Source: Bacteroidia bacterium | GTDB lineage: Bacteria; Bacteroidota; Bacteroidia; M30B66 | DNA length: 64,000 nt | Direction: 5' to 3' | NCBI GenBank assembly: GCA_965279035.1 | Contig: OZ257142.1 | Coordinates: forward strand, 3,232,001-3,296,000 | Shown: piece by piece, positions 1 through 12,021 of the stretch | Numbering within the stretch: the stretch's first letter is position 1 | Layout: every line of letters begins with the position of its first letter | Notes under the pieces: generated by a model | The model's database searches: none | Seen by the model: only the letters and a program-made list of their open reading frames with translations | Told to the model about the DNA's origin: nothing | Program-made: the position numbers and the translations under genes

Positions 1-1053
1 GAAGCCATGATTGTGAAAGAGACTGGAACTATCTTTTTAGCTGGCTCCTATTTAGTAAAAGCGGCTATTGGAGAAGACATCGACAATGAAACGCTAGGTG
101 GTGCAACAACCCATTGCGAGATTAGTGGAGTAACGGATTATAAATGTGAGAACGATGAAGATTGCCTCACACGCATCCGAAATATTATGGATAAGGTGGG
201 CGCTCCAGATAAAGCTGGATTTGATCGCGTTGAATCCAAGCAACCAAAGAAAGACAGCAAAGAATTGTATAGCATACTTCCCGAAACCCGTGATAAACCG
301 TATGATATTCACGATGTGATTGATCGTTTGGTAGATGATTCGGATTTTGAAGAATACAAAGAAAAGTACGGACAGAGCATTGTTTGTGGACTAGGCCGTA
401 TTGATGGATGGGCTGTTGGAATAGTTGCCAATCAGCGTAAAGTGGTAAAAAGCAAGAAAGGTGAAATGCAGTTTGGTGGTGTGATTTATAGTGATTCGGC
501 CGATAAAGCAGCTCGCTTTATCATGAACTGCAATCAAAAGAAAATACCGCTTTTATTTCTTCAAGATGTAACTGGATTCATGGTTGGATCGCGATCTGAA
601 CAAGGAGGAATTATTAAAGACGGAGCTAAAATGGTGAATGCCATGGCCAACAGTGTGGTTCCTAAATTTACGATTGTATTAGGAAACAGCTATGGTGCAG
701 GTAATTATGCGATGTGTGGAAAAGCCTATGATCCACGGTTGATGTTAGCTTGGCCAACAGCTAAAATTGCGGTGATGGGCGGTGCTCAGGCAGCAAAAGT
801 ACTTTTGCAAATTGAAGTGAGTTCCTTAAAAGCGAAAGGAAAACTCATCACACCGGAAGATGAAAAAGAGTTGTATGATCGGATTTTCAACCATTACGAA
901 GAAACAACTTCCATTTATTATAGCGCCGCGCGCTTGGTGATTGATGCGATTATAGATCCTTTAGATACACGAAAAGCAATTTCAATGGGAATCGAAGCTG
1001 CGAATCATGCTCCTATTGAAAAACGTTATAATGTTGGGGTAATTCAGGTTTAA
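1..1053 (+). CDS. Acyl-CoA (methylcrotonyl/propionyl-CoA type) carboxylase carboxyltransferase beta subunit, 5'-truncated by window edge
   Basis: Carboxyl_trans motifs LGGATTHCEISGVTD, FLQDVTGFMVG, GNSYGAGNYAMCG; frame is open from base 1. Confidence 0.9.
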   Translation, partial: EAMIVKETGTIFLAGSYLVKAAIGEDIDNETLGGATTHCEISGVTDYKCENDEDCLTRIRNIMDKVGAPDKAGFDRVESKQPKKDSKELYSILPETRDKPYDIHDVIDRLVDDSDFEEYKEKYGQSIVCGLGRIDGWAVGIVANQRKVVKSKKGEMQFGGVIYSDSADKAARFIMNCNQKKIPLLFLQDVTGFMVGSRSEQGGIIKDGAKMVNAMANSVVPKFTIVLGNSYGAGNYAMCGKAYDPRLMLAWPTAKIAVMGGAQAAKVLLQIEVSSLKAKGKLITPEDEKELYDRIFNHYEETTSIYYSAARLVIDAIIDPLDTRKAISMGIEAANHAPIEKRYNVGVIQV

Positions 1054-1079
1054 TGGATATCAATTAAAATTTGTAACCC

Positions 1080-2972
1080 TTAGTGAACTAACTGAATAAA
1101 ACCATTGCTCTTAATTCCATCAGGCGATACCAACACATAATAATAAACGCCCTCAATAAGGGATTCCTTGGCTTCTGAGGCTTGATCAGGCTGAAATTTC
1201 CCTGTCCAGTTATTTAAATAATTCTCTGTTCCATATACGATTTTTCCCCAGCGATCGTAAACATGGAAGGTGCTGTTATCTTTCAACCCAATAATTTGAA
1301 AGACATCATTTGATCCATCTCCATTGGGTGAAAACGTATTGGGAATAATCAATGGACACTCTTTTTCAATCTTATAATCAAAAGTCATTGTATTCGTACC
1401 ATCATTATTTGTGACACGAAGTGTTGCTGTTTTATTTCCTTGTGAATTATAACATACAGTAGGATTTTGTTCGGTAGAACTAGCTGGTTGTCCTCCAGGA
1501 AATTCCCATGACCATGACAAAGGATTACAAATACTTTTATCGGTGAACGTGACGCAGCTCAAAGGACAATCTTCGCTGATTTCAAACAATGCATTCGGCA
1601 CGGGAGAATATTTTCCACACAATTCCGAAGTGAGATAAATTAATTGAGCATCTGCCAGTTCAGGTACACTCAAAACTGGTGAAGTATTTTGGATGCTTGG
1701 TGCTTCAGTCCCCGGTGTTAGATCTCCTAAATTATGCTCATAAAAATCAACCCCCATAGTATTGCAAGGCAATTGAAAATAAGTGTCTAAGCGAATTAAT
1801 CCAGCATCACGTACACTGTTATTTCCTGAAAAATCGCCTGTAATGAGCCAACCATTGGAAGATGTTGTAACTAAACTGTAAGGATAGTTTGTATAGGGAT
1901 TTCCATAATCCAATTGCAATGGATCGCCCACGGCACTTGTTGTAGAATTAATCTTTAACCAAAAAATATTTCGATCATCAAAATTTCCAAAATCACCAGC
2001 TAATAATATATCAGAACCACGAACTGCAATTGCACGAAATTTATCGTCTTCCGACATATTGATAAGCACTTGCCCAGTATAGTTTCCAAAAACATTCACT
2101 TTCGCACAGAGTGCATCCCAACCTGAATTTTGCTTGAAAACATATCCGCTTATAAAGCAATAACCAGCAGCATCACTCACTATATCATTCAAATACACAT
2201 CATATGTATCGGTTAAAGATGAAAACCAACGTAGCTCTCCTTGAGTAGAAATGCGCATAACAAACCCATTTCTGAATGTATCATGTCCAGAATAATCACC
2301 ACAGATAACTATTTCGCCATCGGGAGAAAATGTGGCACTTTTCACTTCCAATTCTTTTTGAGGAAGGGATATTTTTTTAGAATTTATGAGATTAAAGTTT
2401 GGATCTAAGTGAGTGACATTGATATTTTCATAATTGACATTGTTATCACCCGTACTTAGCAACCACCAAGATCCATCGGAATCGTGCAAGAAGCGAGCTG
2501 ACAAATCGGATACGCTAATCTGAATAAACTTTATTTGTTGCAAAACTCCATCAGCACTCAAACGAGCAATAAATAATTGTGAGTTTTGTGAAGTTGGAAC
2601 TGCAGAACCATAAACATAATATTCACCATCATATTCCAATGCTTGACTGGTTATCATGGATTCATTATTCGAAGAATACAAATGTTGCCATTGGATTTCA
2701 CCCATGCAATCCGTTTTAATAATTCCAGCTCCAGTAATCGTGTTTAATGGAACATTGGCAGGCGAATTCAATAAGATTAAATACCCTTGATCGGATGTTT
2801 CTATTGCCCAAGTACCATAATCGCTGTTAGATAAACCATATCTTCTAAAAAACGATTTGGTTGAGCTTTGAGCACTTGCATCCACCATGAATAGCAATGC
2901 AGATAAAAAGAATATCTGGAAAGCAATTGCTGAATATCGAATCGAAAAAAAGGTTGGTAGATTACGTATCAA
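1080..2972 (-). CDS. Secreted beta-propeller/PKD protein with T9SS type B (gliding-motility-associated) C-terminal sorting domain
   Basis: Signal peptide ending ASA-Q; PKD motif SWSWEFPGG..STEQNP; CTD IPNTFSPNGDGSNDVF..VYDRWG..GVYYY. Confidence 0.85.
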   Translation of the reverse strand: MIRNLPTFFSIRYSAIAFQIFFLSALLFMVDASAQSSTKSFFRRYGLSNSDYGTWAIETSDQGYLILLNSPANVPLNTITGAGIIKTDCMGEIQWQHLYSSNNESMITSQALEYDGEYYVYGSAVPTSQNSQLFIARLSADGVLQQIKFIQISVSDLSARFLHDSDGSWWLLSTGDNNVNYENINVTHLDPNFNLINSKKISLPQKELEVKSATFSPDGEIVICGDYSGHDTFRNGFVMRISTQGELRWFSSLTDTYDVYLNDIVSDAAGYCFISGYVFKQNSGWDALCAKVNVFGNYTGQVLINMSEDDKFRAIAVRGSDILLAGDFGNFDDRNIFWLKINSTTSAVGDPLQLDYGNPYTNYPYSLVTTSSNGWLITGDFSGNNSVRDAGLIRLDTYFQLPCNTMGVDFYEHNLGDLTPGTEAPSIQNTSPVLSVPELADAQLIYLTSELCGKYSPVPNALFEISEDCPLSCVTFTDKSICNPLSWSWEFPGGQPASSTEQNPTVCYNSQGNKTATLRVTNNDGTNTMTFDYKIEKECPLIIPNTFSPNGDGSNDVFQIIGLKDNSTFHVYDRWGKIVYGTENYLNNWTGKFQPDQASEAKESLIEGVYYYVLVSPDGIKSNGFIQLVH

Positions 2973-3314
2973 TGGAAAATCAAATGAAGAATTGGTTGGG
3001 TATTCAACTGAAATGCAAAGTATTAAATAATTGAAAATGATTAAAATTTATTGCAATGAAAAAAACTTCAATCGATGAAGTTCGTTTTCTTTTCCGATGG
3101 AAAAATACATACTTCTTCCACAATAATTGGCATTTGAATTAGCTACTTGCAAAATTTTCCCTGTAAATCAATCATTCCTTTAGTAAATCTTAATTCTTCC
3201 TAATTTTTCATATTCAATCATCTGCATTAAAGGATTTAATATGTTCTTAAAATTTTGCGCATAATTTTCTTTTCAACTTCCCTCCTGCTTTCATTTTTCA
3301 CTGAAATTTACCCC

Positions 3315-3860
3315 ATGAAAACCACAGCGCTCATTTTAGCAAAAATCACTTTCTTCCTTTTCTGTTTTCTACTTAACGCTAATAGTATCAATGCTGAAAC
3401 AGAAAAAATAAGCGTGAATTTCGATGTCAAGAAATTCAGCCTAAATCTATCTGATCTGCCTATAACAAAGGATTTGACAATTACTAAATACATCGAAAAG
3501 TTTGGAAATACCGATAAAATTTTAGATCGAAAAAGTGGTGAACGGGTTTATTTCTATGAAAAAACAGGCATTACAATTAGTACCTATCAAGAAAAAATAA
3601 AAGGCTTAACGATTACACTCAATAGCAATGGAGATAAGAACTATGTTCAAACAGCTTTTAAAGGAGTCTTTAAATTCGGAAGTGTTGCAATAACAACATC
3701 CACCGTTAAATCGGATTTTAAAAAACTGGATGGATTCTTTACCTGTGGAATGCCGGCCATGTGTAGCTCGAAAAATAAAAAAGCGGCGATCAAAGTATTG
3801 ATTGGTTTTGCAACATCAGATCCAGCTAAAATCACTCAAATCAGTTTCATATTGAACTGA
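3315..3860 (+). CDS. Hypothetical exported protein
   Basis: ATG at 3315 gives MKTTALIL.. with a signal peptide; no recognised domain. Confidence 0.65.
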   Translation: MKTTALILAKITFFLFCFLLNANSINAETEKISVNFDVKKFSLNLSDLPITKDLTITKYIEKFGNTDKILDRKSGERVYFYEKTGITISTYQEKIKGLTITLNSNGDKNYVQTAFKGVFKFGSVAITTSTVKSDFKKLDGFFTCGMPAMCSSKNKKAAIKVLIGFATSDPAKITQISFILN

Positions 3861-3918
3861 ATATAAATCAGTACTTTATAAGATTGAATAAAAATAATCA
3901 TCCATCTGCAAAAACCTC

Positions 3919-4893
3919 ATGAACGAATCCAACGAAACACGACTGAACAAATACATCAGCGAAAGCGGACTTTGTTCCCGAAGACAAGCTGATGCATACA
4001 TTGAAAAAGGTCATGTGTTGATCAACGGACGAAAAGCGCACATTGGCGATAAAGTTCGTTCAGGTGATCGGGTGATGGTGAATGGACAGGAAATAGAAGC
4101 AAAATCGCCCGAAGAAGAAATTCTGATAGCTTTCAATAAACCGGTTGGTGTTGTGTGTACAACCGAAATCGCTATTAAAAACAACATCATTGATTACTTG
4201 AAATTCGGACAGCGTATTTTTCCGATTGGTCGTTTGGACAAGGATTCCCAAGGATTGATTTTCCTTACCAGCAATGGTGATATCGTCAATAAAATTTTAC
4301 GTGCTGGAAATCGTCACGAAAAAGAATACATCGTAACTGTCAACAAGCCAGTAACTGATGCCTTTGTAGATGGAATGAGTCACGGCGTTCCTATTTTGGG
4401 TGTTAACACACGTAAATGTGTGGTTGTAAAAGAAGCACCCTTTGTTTTTCGCATTATTTTGATTCAAGGTTTGAACCGACAAATCCGTCGCATGTGCGAG
4501 CATTTTGGGTATGAAGTAACGAAGTTGGAACGCATTCGCATTATGAATGTCAACTTAAAAAACCTCGGATTAGGAACTTGGCGTGAACTTTCGAAAGTAG
4601 AAATGGCGGGCATTTATGAGATGATTGGAGATTCTAAGGATGTTCCTGAAAAGAAAAAATCGGCCAATAAATCAACTGAGGCATCCACTCAAAATGGACA
4701 TAAAAAAAGCAGCAGCAAGCCAAGAAATTCAAATGCTAAATCAGGAACAGATCGCAAAGGAAAATCGGCAAGCGCCAAACCAGAAACAACAACCGGAGGA
4801 AGAAAAAAACGCAACAGTCCGGGACATAAGCCTTATTTTCCCGGTGCTGCGGGAAGTAAAAAAAGTTCTGGAGGTCGAAGAGGTCGTCGTTGA
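3919..4893 (+). CDS. rluF: 23S rRNA pseudouridine(2604) synthase with Lys/Ser-rich basic C-terminal tail
   Basis: S4 domain [18 protein letters not shown]; catalytic [11 protein letters not shown]; [14 protein letters not shown]. Confidence 0.9.
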   Translation: MNESNETRLNKYISESGLCSRRQADAYIEKGHVLINGRKAHIGDKVRSGDRVMVNGQEIEAKSPEEEILIAFNKPVGVVCTTEIAIKNNIIDYLKFGQRIFPIGRLDKDSQGLIFLTSNGDIVNKILRAGNRHEKEYIVTVNKPVTDAFVDGMSHGVPILGVNTRKCVVVKEAPFVFRIILIQGLNRQIRRMCEHFGYEVTKLERIRIMNVNLKNLGLGTWRELSKVEMAGIYEMIGDSKDVPEKKKSANKSTEASTQNGHKKSSSKPRNSNAKSGTDRKGKSASAKPETTTGGRKKRNSPGHKPYFPGAAGSKKSSGGRRGRR

Positions 4894-4917
4894 TTTGAAA
4901 TCCTTGATTAATCATAC

Positions 4918-5706
4918 ATGTTGAAAGTAAGTATTGTTGGTGCTGGTTGGCTTGGGATTGCATTAGCAAAGTCATTGAAAAATAAGCATGTTGGTGTAGC
5001 TGTTTCTTCAACAACAACCGAAAAAGTAAAGTCTTTTATTTCAGAAGGATATCAGGCAGTTGATATTGATCTCGACAAGGCGGAAGAAATCAATCCTGAT
5101 TTTTGGGGCGACATTCTAGTATTGAGTTTTCCACCCGGTAAGAATGGAGATTATTCCAAGTATTTGAAACGAGTGGATTTTCTGCTTAAGTCAAAACCTG
5201 CAAAAGTTCAACGCATCATATTAATTAGCAGTACTTCGGTTTATCCTAAACGCGATGGTGATTGGAAAGAAGACGATGCATTTACTCCAGATACTGAATC
5301 TTCATTCCACATAATAGAAGCCGAAGAAAAAGTGCTGAGTTCCAATTGTAATTCAGTTATTTTGAGATTAGCTGGACTTGTAGGATACGAAAGAAATCCA
5401 GCACGATTTGGATCGAGTCGTTTGGCTGCAAATGAACCGGTAAACATGATTCATCGGGATGATGCGGTAGCGGCGATAGATTATTTTATTCATCACCCGG
5501 AACATCAAGGGATTTATAATCTATGCGCTGCAAATCATCCAAGCAGACTGGCGTTTTATGAAGCAGGTGCAATGGAATTGAAAGTAAAAATACCGATGTT
5601 AGAGAATTCGGAAAAACCGCTTAATCGCACAATCAATTCTGAGAAAATAAGAACTCAAACTGAATTTCAATTCTCGAAAGATGATCCTCTCCTATTTTGG
5701 AAATGA
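4918..5706 (+). CDS. NAD(P)-dependent epimerase/atypical SDR (YeeZ-like)
   Basis: GAGWLG Rossmann motif; ISSTSVY; LRLAGL; VNMIHRDD. Confidence 0.8.
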   Translation: MLKVSIVGAGWLGIALAKSLKNKHVGVAVSSTTTEKVKSFISEGYQAVDIDLDKAEEINPDFWGDILVLSFPPGKNGDYSKYLKRVDFLLKSKPAKVQRIILISSTSVYPKRDGDWKEDDAFTPDTESSFHIIEAEEKVLSSNCNSVILRLAGLVGYERNPARFGSSRLAANEPVNMIHRDDAVAAIDYFIHHPEHQGIYNLCAANHPSRLAFYEAGAMELKVKIPMLENSEKPLNRTINSEKIRTQTEFQFSKDDPLLFWK

Positions 5707-5709
5707 TCC

Positions 5710-6315
5710 TTATTTTTTGATTTTTCGAAATTGATAAGCTCCTTTAACCGCTCCCCAAACTTGACGATCTTCTTTATCATATCCACGATCCCAGCTCGCT
5801 AATAATTTGGGTGTTAAAGTCACAATGGATGTTGCATACGCTGCATTGCGCATATCTGATGGACATTTCTTTTGATCCGTTCCTCCCGAAAATGATTTCT
5901 TTCCCGTTTTTTTCAATAAAACCGAACATCCTTCACGAAGCGATAATGAATCAGGAATTAGTTTCTCAACTAAATCAGCATGTCCAACAAAACGAAGTGG
6001 TGCATTTAAAGTAATTACTGCACTTTCGAAATTTCCCACACTTGGTTCTGTAATTTTATAAACGCGTTGACGATAAGGACGATCTTCTTTGCCAGCAACG
6101 GCTTGCTCAACATACATCCAAAGTGCATCGGTTCTTCCAGTCCAAATGGGTATTATTTTCAAACGAATATCAAAAAAAGCAGAATCGATTTTACTCTGAT
6201 CTTGACTGCTGTATGAACCTTGCATCATAGCAGCCAACTTTTTCAAGTCTTTAGAAAACTGTGCTTGAGAAAGCAGGGGAAATATGAGTAAAATAAGAAT
6301 AAATGCCTTTTTCAT
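5710..6315 (-). CDS. CpcT/CpeT (chromophore lyase)-like exported protein
   Basis: GSYSSQDQ, WMYVEQA, PYRQRVY, SWDRGYD..QVWG motifs; start MKKAF at 6315 follows a TACTTTTG box at 6330-6337. Confidence 0.8.
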   Translation of the reverse strand: MKKAFILILLIFPLLSQAQFSKDLKKLAAMMQGSYSSQDQSKIDSAFFDIRLKIIPIWTGRTDALWMYVEQAVAGKEDRPYRQRVYKITEPSVGNFESAVITLNAPLRFVGHADLVEKLIPDSLSLREGCSVLLKKTGKKSFSGGTDQKKCPSDMRNAAYATSIVTLTPKLLASWDRGYDKEDRQVWGAVKGAYQFRKIKK

Positions 6316-6495
6316 GATGAAATTTTGAGCAAAAGTAATCATTGAAATTGATACCCAAAAAAGGCAGGCGCTTTTAAAAAATTGATTTCCACTTCATTCT
6401 TTTTTCTTTGGTTTCATAGAATTGAAGATTTAACTGTTGATAGAAAACTAGGAAGAAAGAAACCAAGAACTCTGTAACACGTATCTTCGCTAAGC

Positions 6496-7557
6496 ATGAA
6501 GAATGTCCGTAAGCATTTGAAAGAATGGGGAAAAGCTTTTTTCTGGGCTTTTCTTGTTGCATGGCTCATACGAACTTTGCTTATTCAAGGAGCATTTATT
6601 CCGAGTCAGAGCATGGAGCGGACACTACTTCCCGGTGATTTTGTGTTTATCAACAAATGGTCGTACGGTCCACGCATGCCCATTACACCGATTGCGATTC
6701 CGTTCATGCATCAGAATATGCCTTTTAGCAATTCAACGCCAGCATATCTCGATTGGGTGAGCTTGCCCTATTGGAGAATTCCGGGATTTGGTGATATCAA
6801 TCGACAAGATGTGGTGGTGTTTAATTATCCTATGGAATTGGAGCGTCCCATTGATAAACGTACCTATTTTGTAAAACGCTGTGTTGGATTACCGGGTGAT
6901 AGTTTTCAAATTCAAGAAAAACGGGTGATGATCAATGGGCAAGTGATTGAAAACAAATCCGATTTTCAATTTCTTCGACACCTAAAATGTTCAACACCAT
7001 TGGATCAAGCCTGGCTCGATTCCTTAGATGTTACCGAAGGAGGACTTGTTTCGAATATGTTAGATTATGAATTTCCTTTAACTGACTCTCTAGCTAAGTT
7101 TTTTGAAAAACATCCTTTCGTGAATACCTTATCATTACGAATGGAGCAAGCGGGAGATTATCAAGCTTATATTTTTCCACATAGTAGATCATTTCCTTGG
7201 AACAACGATTTTTGGGGACCGATTATCATTCCCGCTGAAGGACAAAAAGTGATGCTCAACGACACCAACATCGCAATTTATGAGCGAATTATTCGAGAAT
7301 ATGAGCATAATAAATTGAGTGTTTCGGGAGGAAAAATTTACATCAATGATGAAGCAACAACGAGTTATGTTTTTCAGCAGGATTATTATTTCATGATGGG
7401 TGATAATCGAGATTATTCGGCCGATTCGAGATCTTGGGGATTTGTACCACGTGATCATATCATTGGAAAAGCCTGGTTAATTTTCTTTTCTTACAACGCA
7501 TTCCGAAGCGGCACATCACATATTCGCTGGAATCGGATTTTTAAATTAATTCATTAA
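6496..7557 (+). CDS. lepB: Signal peptidase I
   Basis: IPSQSMERTL..GDF (Ser); YFVKRCVGLPGD (Lys); GDNRDYSADSRSWG. Confidence 0.92.
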   Translation: MKNVRKHLKEWGKAFFWAFLVAWLIRTLLIQGAFIPSQSMERTLLPGDFVFINKWSYGPRMPITPIAIPFMHQNMPFSNSTPAYLDWVSLPYWRIPGFGDINRQDVVVFNYPMELERPIDKRTYFVKRCVGLPGDSFQIQEKRVMINGQVIENKSDFQFLRHLKCSTPLDQAWLDSLDVTEGGLVSNMLDYEFPLTDSLAKFFEKHPFVNTLSLRMEQAGDYQAYIFPHSRSFPWNNDFWGPIIIPAEGQKVMLNDTNIAIYERIIREYEHNKLSVSGGKIYINDEATTSYVFQQDYYFMMGDNRDYSADSRSWGFVPRDHIIGKAWLIFFSYNAFRSGTSHIRWNRIFKLIH

Positions 7558-7564
7558 CGATTCA

Positions 7565-8227
7565 TTGAAGCCTTTTTTATTTCAACTAAACTACAGTCCA
7601 CTAGTAGATCAAATTGCATTGATGGCAAGTGGAAACAATTGCGTTTTAGAATCGCAGGAAACCTATCAAAAGCAAAGTTTTAGAAATCGTTGTTCAATTT
7701 TAACTTCACAAGGAATCTTGGATTTAGTCATACCTATTGTTCATGCAGGAGGAAATGCAATCCCAATTCAGCAAACACGTATTGATTCTTCAAAACCTTG
7801 GGCAATTCAACATTGGAAAAGCATACATACGGCTTATAATAAATCGGCCTATTTCAGTTATTACAAACATCATTTCGAAATTTTTTATCAATCAACACCT
7901 GAATTTCTGTTTCAATTTAATTTGAATATCCTCCACACTTTTTGTGAAATACTGAAAATTGATTTCCCATCATTCAATTCAAAATGGGAGGAAAATCCTG
8001 AAGATTTCATCGATTTACGTACACTTTTTCAACCCAAAAAAATCTATCCTTTCGATGCTTTTCCTTATTATCAAACATTCGAAACTTCAAAAGAATTTGA
8101 ATCTAATTTAAGTGTGTATGATTTGCTTTTTAATCTAGGACCTGATGCATTTTCCTATTTAATAAAAAGAGGAGAAAATTTGAAGATTGAAATTCAGAAG
8201 AAAAACGCTTCTCCATTCAAATCTTGA
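7565..8227 (+). CDS. WbqC-family protein
   Basis: ETYQKQSFRNRC, HWKSIHTAYNKSAYF, NLSVYDLLFNLG; lepB-wbqC adjacency is typical of Bacteroidota. Confidence 0.8.
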   Translation: MKPFLFQLNYSPLVDQIALMASGNNCVLESQETYQKQSFRNRCSILTSQGILDLVIPIVHAGGNAIPIQQTRIDSSKPWAIQHWKSIHTAYNKSAYFSYYKHHFEIFYQSTPEFLFQFNLNILHTFCEILKIDFPSFNSKWEENPEDFIDLRTLFQPKKIYPFDAFPYYQTFETSKEFESNLSVYDLLFNLGPDAFSYLIKRGENLKIEIQKKNASPFKS

Positions 8228-8466
8228 TAAAATACTTACTTCAATTTATCAAACCAATTCAACTCATTTACTAATTGAATTCTAATCATTCTACCCTTTT
8301 TCAAGGCTTAAGGAATTTCATTCCAATACAAATCATCATCTTCTTACATATGTAAGGAGAATGCCCTGTTTTATTCCTCTCGAAAATCAAATATCTGTCA
8401 TTTTACACGTGTTATTTCTTCAATGAAAATCCAAATGCAAAAAGGAGAAAATGCATGTGAAATGAA

Positions 8467-11400
8467 ATGAATAAAGTTGTTCTTAGGTCAACACCGAACG
8501 GTATTTTATCTGCATCCATGGAGCAGATAGGAATTCGTGCATTTAGGTTGAAGCTAAGTGGTCCATTCGATCAAACAAATCAAAGTTCATTGCTGAATTT
8601 TTTCCATGAACTTTCATTCGAAAACCAAGCAGATCAACTGATCCTCGATTTTGAAGAAATTATTTTTTGCAGAGAATATACATCTCCTTGGATAGTGAGA
8701 AAATTGAGCAATGCGCTCACACATTCAATTATTCAATCAATCGCATTAGTGAATGCACCAAGTTGGTTGAATAAATTTATTCATGCTTTTAGTAAGATTC
8801 GTCCAAACACAGAAATTAGTTTTCACTATTCGAATAAATCTGCATTAGATTATTTACAGAAGGATCATTCAGAACAGAATCCTATTGAATCGTTTAGAAA
8901 CGATAACTTAATACATAATTTATTTCCAAATTCAGGAGGATTACAACAAGCAGTTGATACAAAATCACATTCTGACTGGAAATTCCAAAGTGAATCTGGA
9001 GATTTTGAATGCAGATTTTTTCACTTGAATAATGAAATTCTTTTAGGATTTGTTCGTGGTGTTTTGAATGATGATACGATTGAACATTTTTTAAGGTGTA
9101 AGCGATTATCTATTGCGGAAATGCCTCAAAAACCGTTTAATGCTATTTATCATTTAGTTGATCTCAAAAAAATAACCAAGAATGCTCGAATTATATTAGA
9201 TAATCATGATCATGAAATTCGTTCTTATTATGCCAAATGCTATTGGGTTTTAGGAAAAACTTCATTGCCAATAATGAAGGTGTTTCGCTTTTTCAATCCC
9301 AATTTCTATCCCTATGTTAGTTTTATAAAATCAGTTGATGTTGGATTGAAATTGATTCAGCAAAACAAGCCAAATCAAGAAATAAAACCCATAGAAACAT
9401 CCAATGAAATTGCTGTATTAAAAGCAGAAATTGAACATTTAAAAAACACACAAGAAATTAGAATTAATCAACTGAATCAAATCATTCAAAAAAATTCTGT
9501 TGATTCTGATTCTACTATAGATAAAACGAATATCCCTAAAAATGATCCATTTGCTATTCTTTTCGAAGGTGTAAAACATCTTCAGGAAAATGTAGGTGAA
9601 GAAATGAATCATATTCAATTGGTGAATTCATCGCTCGAATTAACTGTTGATGAACGCTCCGAAGAAGTCATAACAAAAGAATCAAACTTAAGAGCCATTC
9701 TCGATAATACAGACGATGAGATTTATCTACTTAACGATCGGTATGAATTGATTGATTATAACACCAATTTCGAGAATAATTTCTACGCACGTTATGGCGT
9801 ATTCATAGAGAAAGGTCGCGATTTATTTAGCATGATGCCTCCTGAGTATGGCGATTTAATTCGAAAAACAAAAGACCGAATTGATAAAGCCTTACAGGGA
9901 TTTCAACGAACATATTATGATAAATTCCAATTGGGATTTTACGAATCTATATCGGAAGTAAAACTGTACCCGATTCGCTCAAATACACGAAGTATTTCGG
10001 GTGTTTCGGTGTTTGTGAGAGATTGTACCGAACAAAAACGTTCTGAAGATATTATTCATCAAAATCAACTTCTACTCTCTTCGATCAATCGAAATATTAA
10101 GGAAGGACTTTACCGAAGCACCCCTGCAAGAGGAATGATTTACGTTAATCAGGCATTTGTCGAAATGTTTGGTTTTGAGTCCGAAGAAGAAGCGCTCAAA
10201 GCACCTTCGATGAGCTTGTATTCTGAAGCCAATCGTCGTTTAGAATTGGTTCAAATAATTGAACAAAGTGGTTCGTTTACCAACGAAGAAGTTCAATTTC
10301 GTAAAAAAGATGGAACGCCATTTTGGGGATTACTTTCTTCGATGCGTTCGACTGATGCTGAAGGAAATGTTTATTACGATGGAGCCATTCGCGATATTAC
10401 ACACATTAAAGAATACGAACGAGAAATTATTCATTCGAAAGAAATTGCCGAAAATGCGACACGCGCAAAATCCGATTTCTTAGCAACCATGAGCCATGAA
10501 ATTCGTACTCCGATGAATGGCGTTATTGGTATGACTAGTTTATTAGCCGATACACCACTAAATCCTGAACAACGCGATTACGTAGAAACAATTAAAGTAT
10601 CAGGTGATCATTTGTTGAATATCATCAACGATATTCTTGATTTTAGCAAAATTGAAGCAGGACATTTAGAATTAGAAAATACCGTTTTCGATTTGAATTC
10701 GTGTATTGAAGAAGTAATGAATCTCTTCAGCAACAGGGCTTACGAAAAGAATATTGAATTATATTATCGGGTAGAAAATTCAGAAGTATTTCAATTAAAT
10801 GGGGACATTACGCGTTTCCGCCAGGTCATTGTAAACTTAATTGGGAATGCCATTAAATTTACAAATGAAGGAGAAGTGTTGATTGATATAAAACCAATAG
10901 AAAGAAAAAAAGGACAAATTCGATTGCAAGTTTCAGTGAGTGATACTGGAATTGGAATTCCTCAAGAGAAGCAGGAAAAACTGTTCAAACCATTTTCACA
11001 AGTCGATAATTCGACCACACGGAAATATGGAGGAACGGGGCTAGGACTCGCCATTAGCAAGCATTTAGTTGAATTAATGGGCGGCTCTTTAACCATGTTT
11101 AGTGAAGAAGAAAAAGGCACCACATTCGTTTTTGATGTGATGATGAATGAGTCGAAACAAGAATTAAAAAAAGACCAAAATCTTGATGTCTTAAAGGAAA
11201 AACGCATATTGATTGTAGATGATAACATGACCAATCGCAAGATTCTTGAACAATTGTTTAAAACCAATGGGATGATTGTGGAATCGTATAATAATCCACT
11301 GATTGCAATTAATATCATCAAACAAGGGAAGCAATTTGACTTAGGTTTGATTGATATGAAAATGCCTGAAATGGACGGAATCAGTTTTGGAAAAGAAATT

Positions 11401-12021
11401 CAACAGCTTTCATTAAATAGAGAACTTCCCTTGATTTTGTATTCTTCGATTGGTCATATGCTTTCAAGAACTGATATCAATAAATACTTCAAAGCTCATG
11501 TAAATAAGCCAATTCGCCACGATTTATTGCTTCAGAAAATGGGTAATATTTTGGGCGAAGTTCCATTAATTACAGTGAATGAAGAAAGCATTCAAGTAGT
11601 TGAAGATAGCATAGCCTCTCATTATCCAATGCGCATATTATTGGCTGAAGACAATCTCATCAACCAAAAATTAGCAGAACGTGTTCTCGAGATATTCGGT
11701 TATGAAATTGAGATTGCAAACAATGGATTAGAGGCAGTTCAGATGCTCGAAAAAAATAATTACGATCTCATTTTCATGGATGTGATGATGCCCGAAATGG
11801 ATGGTTTGGAAGCAACTGGAACCATTCGTAGAGAATACAAAGGTCATCAACCAGTAATTATCGCAATGACAGCCAATGCACTCAAAGGCGATCGCGAAAT
11901 TTGCATCAATTCGGGAATGAACGATTATGTGAGTAAACCTATCAATACCGAAGTCATTCGAGAACTATTAATTAAATATGGTTCAATGATTCAACAAGGT
12001 GTTGATCCTTATTCAACGTAG
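8467..12021 (+). CDS. Cytoplasmic hybrid sensor histidine kinase (PAS domains, HisKA, HATPase, two receiver domains)
   Basis: [15 protein letters not shown]; [10 protein letters not shown]; DTGIGI; GGTGLGL; receivers ILIVDDN and ILLAEDN..MDVMMP. Confidence 0.92.
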   Translation: MNKVVLRSTPNGILSASMEQIGIRAFRLKLSGPFDQTNQSSLLNFFHELSFENQADQLILDFEEIIFCREYTSPWIVRKLSNALTHSIIQSIALVNAPSWLNKFIHAFSKIRPNTEISFHYSNKSALDYLQKDHSEQNPIESFRNDNLIHNLFPNSGGLQQAVDTKSHSDWKFQSESGDFECRFFHLNNEILLGFVRGVLNDDTIEHFLRCKRLSIAEMPQKPFNAIYHLVDLKKITKNARIILDNHDHEIRSYYAKCYWVLGKTSLPIMKVFRFFNPNFYPYVSFIKSVDVGLKLIQQNKPNQEIKPIETSNEIAVLKAEIEHLKNTQEIRINQLNQIIQKNSVDSDSTIDKTNIPKNDPFAILFEGVKHLQENVGEEMNHIQLVNSSLELTVDERSEEVITKESNLRAILDNTDDEIYLLNDRYELIDYNTNFENNFYARYGVFIEKGRDLFSMMPPEYGDLIRKTKDRIDKALQGFQRTYYDKFQLGFYESISEVKLYPIRSNTRSISGVSVFVRDCTEQKRSEDIIHQNQLLLSSINRNIKEGLYRSTPARGMIYVNQAFVEMFGFESEEEALKAPSMSLYSEANRRLELVQIIEQSGSFTNEEVQFRKKDGTPFWGLLSSMRSTDAEGNVYYDGAIRDITHIKEYEREIIHSKEIAENATRAKSDFLATMSHEIRTPMNGVIGMTSLLADTPLNPEQRDYVETIKVSGDHLLNIINDILDFSKIEAGHLELENTVFDLNSCIEEVMNLFSNRAYEKNIELYYRVENSEVFQLNGDITRFRQVIVNLIGNAIKFTNEGEVLIDIKPIERKKGQIRLQVSVSDTGIGIPQEKQEKLFKPFSQVDNSTTRKYGGTGLGLAISKHLVELMGGSLTMFSEEEKGTTFVFDVMMNESKQELKKDQNLDVLKEKRILIVDDNMTNRKILEQLFKTNGMIVESYNNPLIAINIIKQGKQFDLGLIDMKMPEMDGISFGKEIQQLSLNRELPLILYSSIGHMLSRTDINKYFKAHVNKPIRHDLLLQKMGNILGEVPLITVNEESIQVVEDSIASHYPMRILLAEDNLINQKLAERVLEIFGYEIEIANNGLEAVQMLEKNNYDLIFMDVMMPEMDGLEATGTIRREYKGHQPVIIAMTANALKGDREICINSGMNDYVSKPINTEVIRELLIKYGSMIQQGVDPYST

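Noticed and set aside
5710-6315. Phycobilin lyase suggesting phototrophy
   Set aside because: CpcT-like exported proteins occur in non-phototrophic Bacteroidota; no phycobiliprotein genes nearby
1561-10915. AAAGGAC (GTCCTTT) matches in host genes near 1561 and 10909
   Set aside because: Inside coding sequence and not at operon starts; consistent with chance 7-mers
12009-12021. 13-nt convergent overlap of kinase and dehydrogenase 3' ends
   Set aside because: Common in compact genomes; no sign of special function
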